Positions 63,471 through 64,000 of a stretch of 64,000 nt of DNA are shown here, in pieces; within the stretch, counting starts at the first letter, position 1, and each line of letters starts with the position of its first letter. The notes beneath the pieces are model-generated. The model worked only from the letters and a program-made list of their open reading frames with translations, was not told the DNA's origin and searched no databases. The stretch is from the NCBI RefSeq assembly GCF_963853765.1, contig NC_088860.1, positions 22,444,001 to 22,508,000 of the forward strand. Direction: 5' to 3'. Both the position numbers and the translations under genes were made by a program. Origin of the DNA: Magallana gigas (Eukaryota).

Positions 63471-64000
63471 ACAATTTAAAACTGGTACAAAATTGATATA
63501 ACTATACAAAGTGTTATATTATGACAAGTAAGTCTTTATATAACTAGATATTATAAAAGTCATAATTGCATAGATACTTTGTGGTATGAAATAGTTGCAT
63601 AGTCATGAGACTGGGTTACTTAAACACCATAATAATTCATATTGCATAAACTATTTTGCCCGGGGGTGGGGGTCAGAATAAGTATGTGACGTTATTGCAA
63701 AATTATAAGTTATATAAAAGACATAAACAGTCAAATTAATTAGTCATTATAACAAGAGGAAAAGTAATAATTACGAAACTCAAAGTCACAAGGTGAACAT
63801 GCATGATATGATTTTATAGTTATGAGACACTGTATCATTTTGTCTAGCTAAAATGTAAAATGGTATAAAGTGTGAGACATAACATCAATTGTCAAAATAT
63901 TGTTACACATACAAGTATTTAAATTATTTGATTATTAAATATAATCTGACATAAGGCTGGTGCATATATAATTTTAGAAACATCAATCATACAAGCCCGA

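Overview
AT-rich, intron-containing animal genomic DNA with four N-gaps. It is most likely oyster (Crassostrea/Magallana gigas), inferred from 166-bp Cg170-type satellite arrays inside Helentron-type elements. It contains: (1) the last five exons of an exonuclease-endonuclease-phosphatase (EEP) gene (+, 746-3144); (2) a tandem cluster of four minus-strand genes for secreted PAN/Apple + F-type-lectin-fold proteins (A and C intact, B internally deleted, D apparently frameshifted), with C and D in two large direct duplicates (~12.7-22.2 kb and ~23.6-35.2 kb) that differ by several TE insertions; (3) the 3' three exons of an unrecognised gene (-, 37912-39391); (4) a complete 7-exon TspanC8 tetraspanin (+, 41878-53330, 273 aa); (5) a 5'-truncated tyrosine-recombinase retrotransposon (Ngaro-like split repeats) interrupted by an IS3EU-type DNA transposon and flanked by a 70-bp direct repeat; and (6) many MITEs, Helitron/Helentron elements, tRNA-derived SINEs and palindromic elements with GAA-triloop hairpins. 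Best leads: lectin domains that have lost the fucose-binding triad, a TSD-less element with a perfect 141-bp palindrome, a head-to-head SINE dimer beside the lesions in two lectin paralogues, and the filled-site plus empty-site arrangement around the retrotransposon. Gene models were read by eye from splice signals and frame continuity. No database searches were run.
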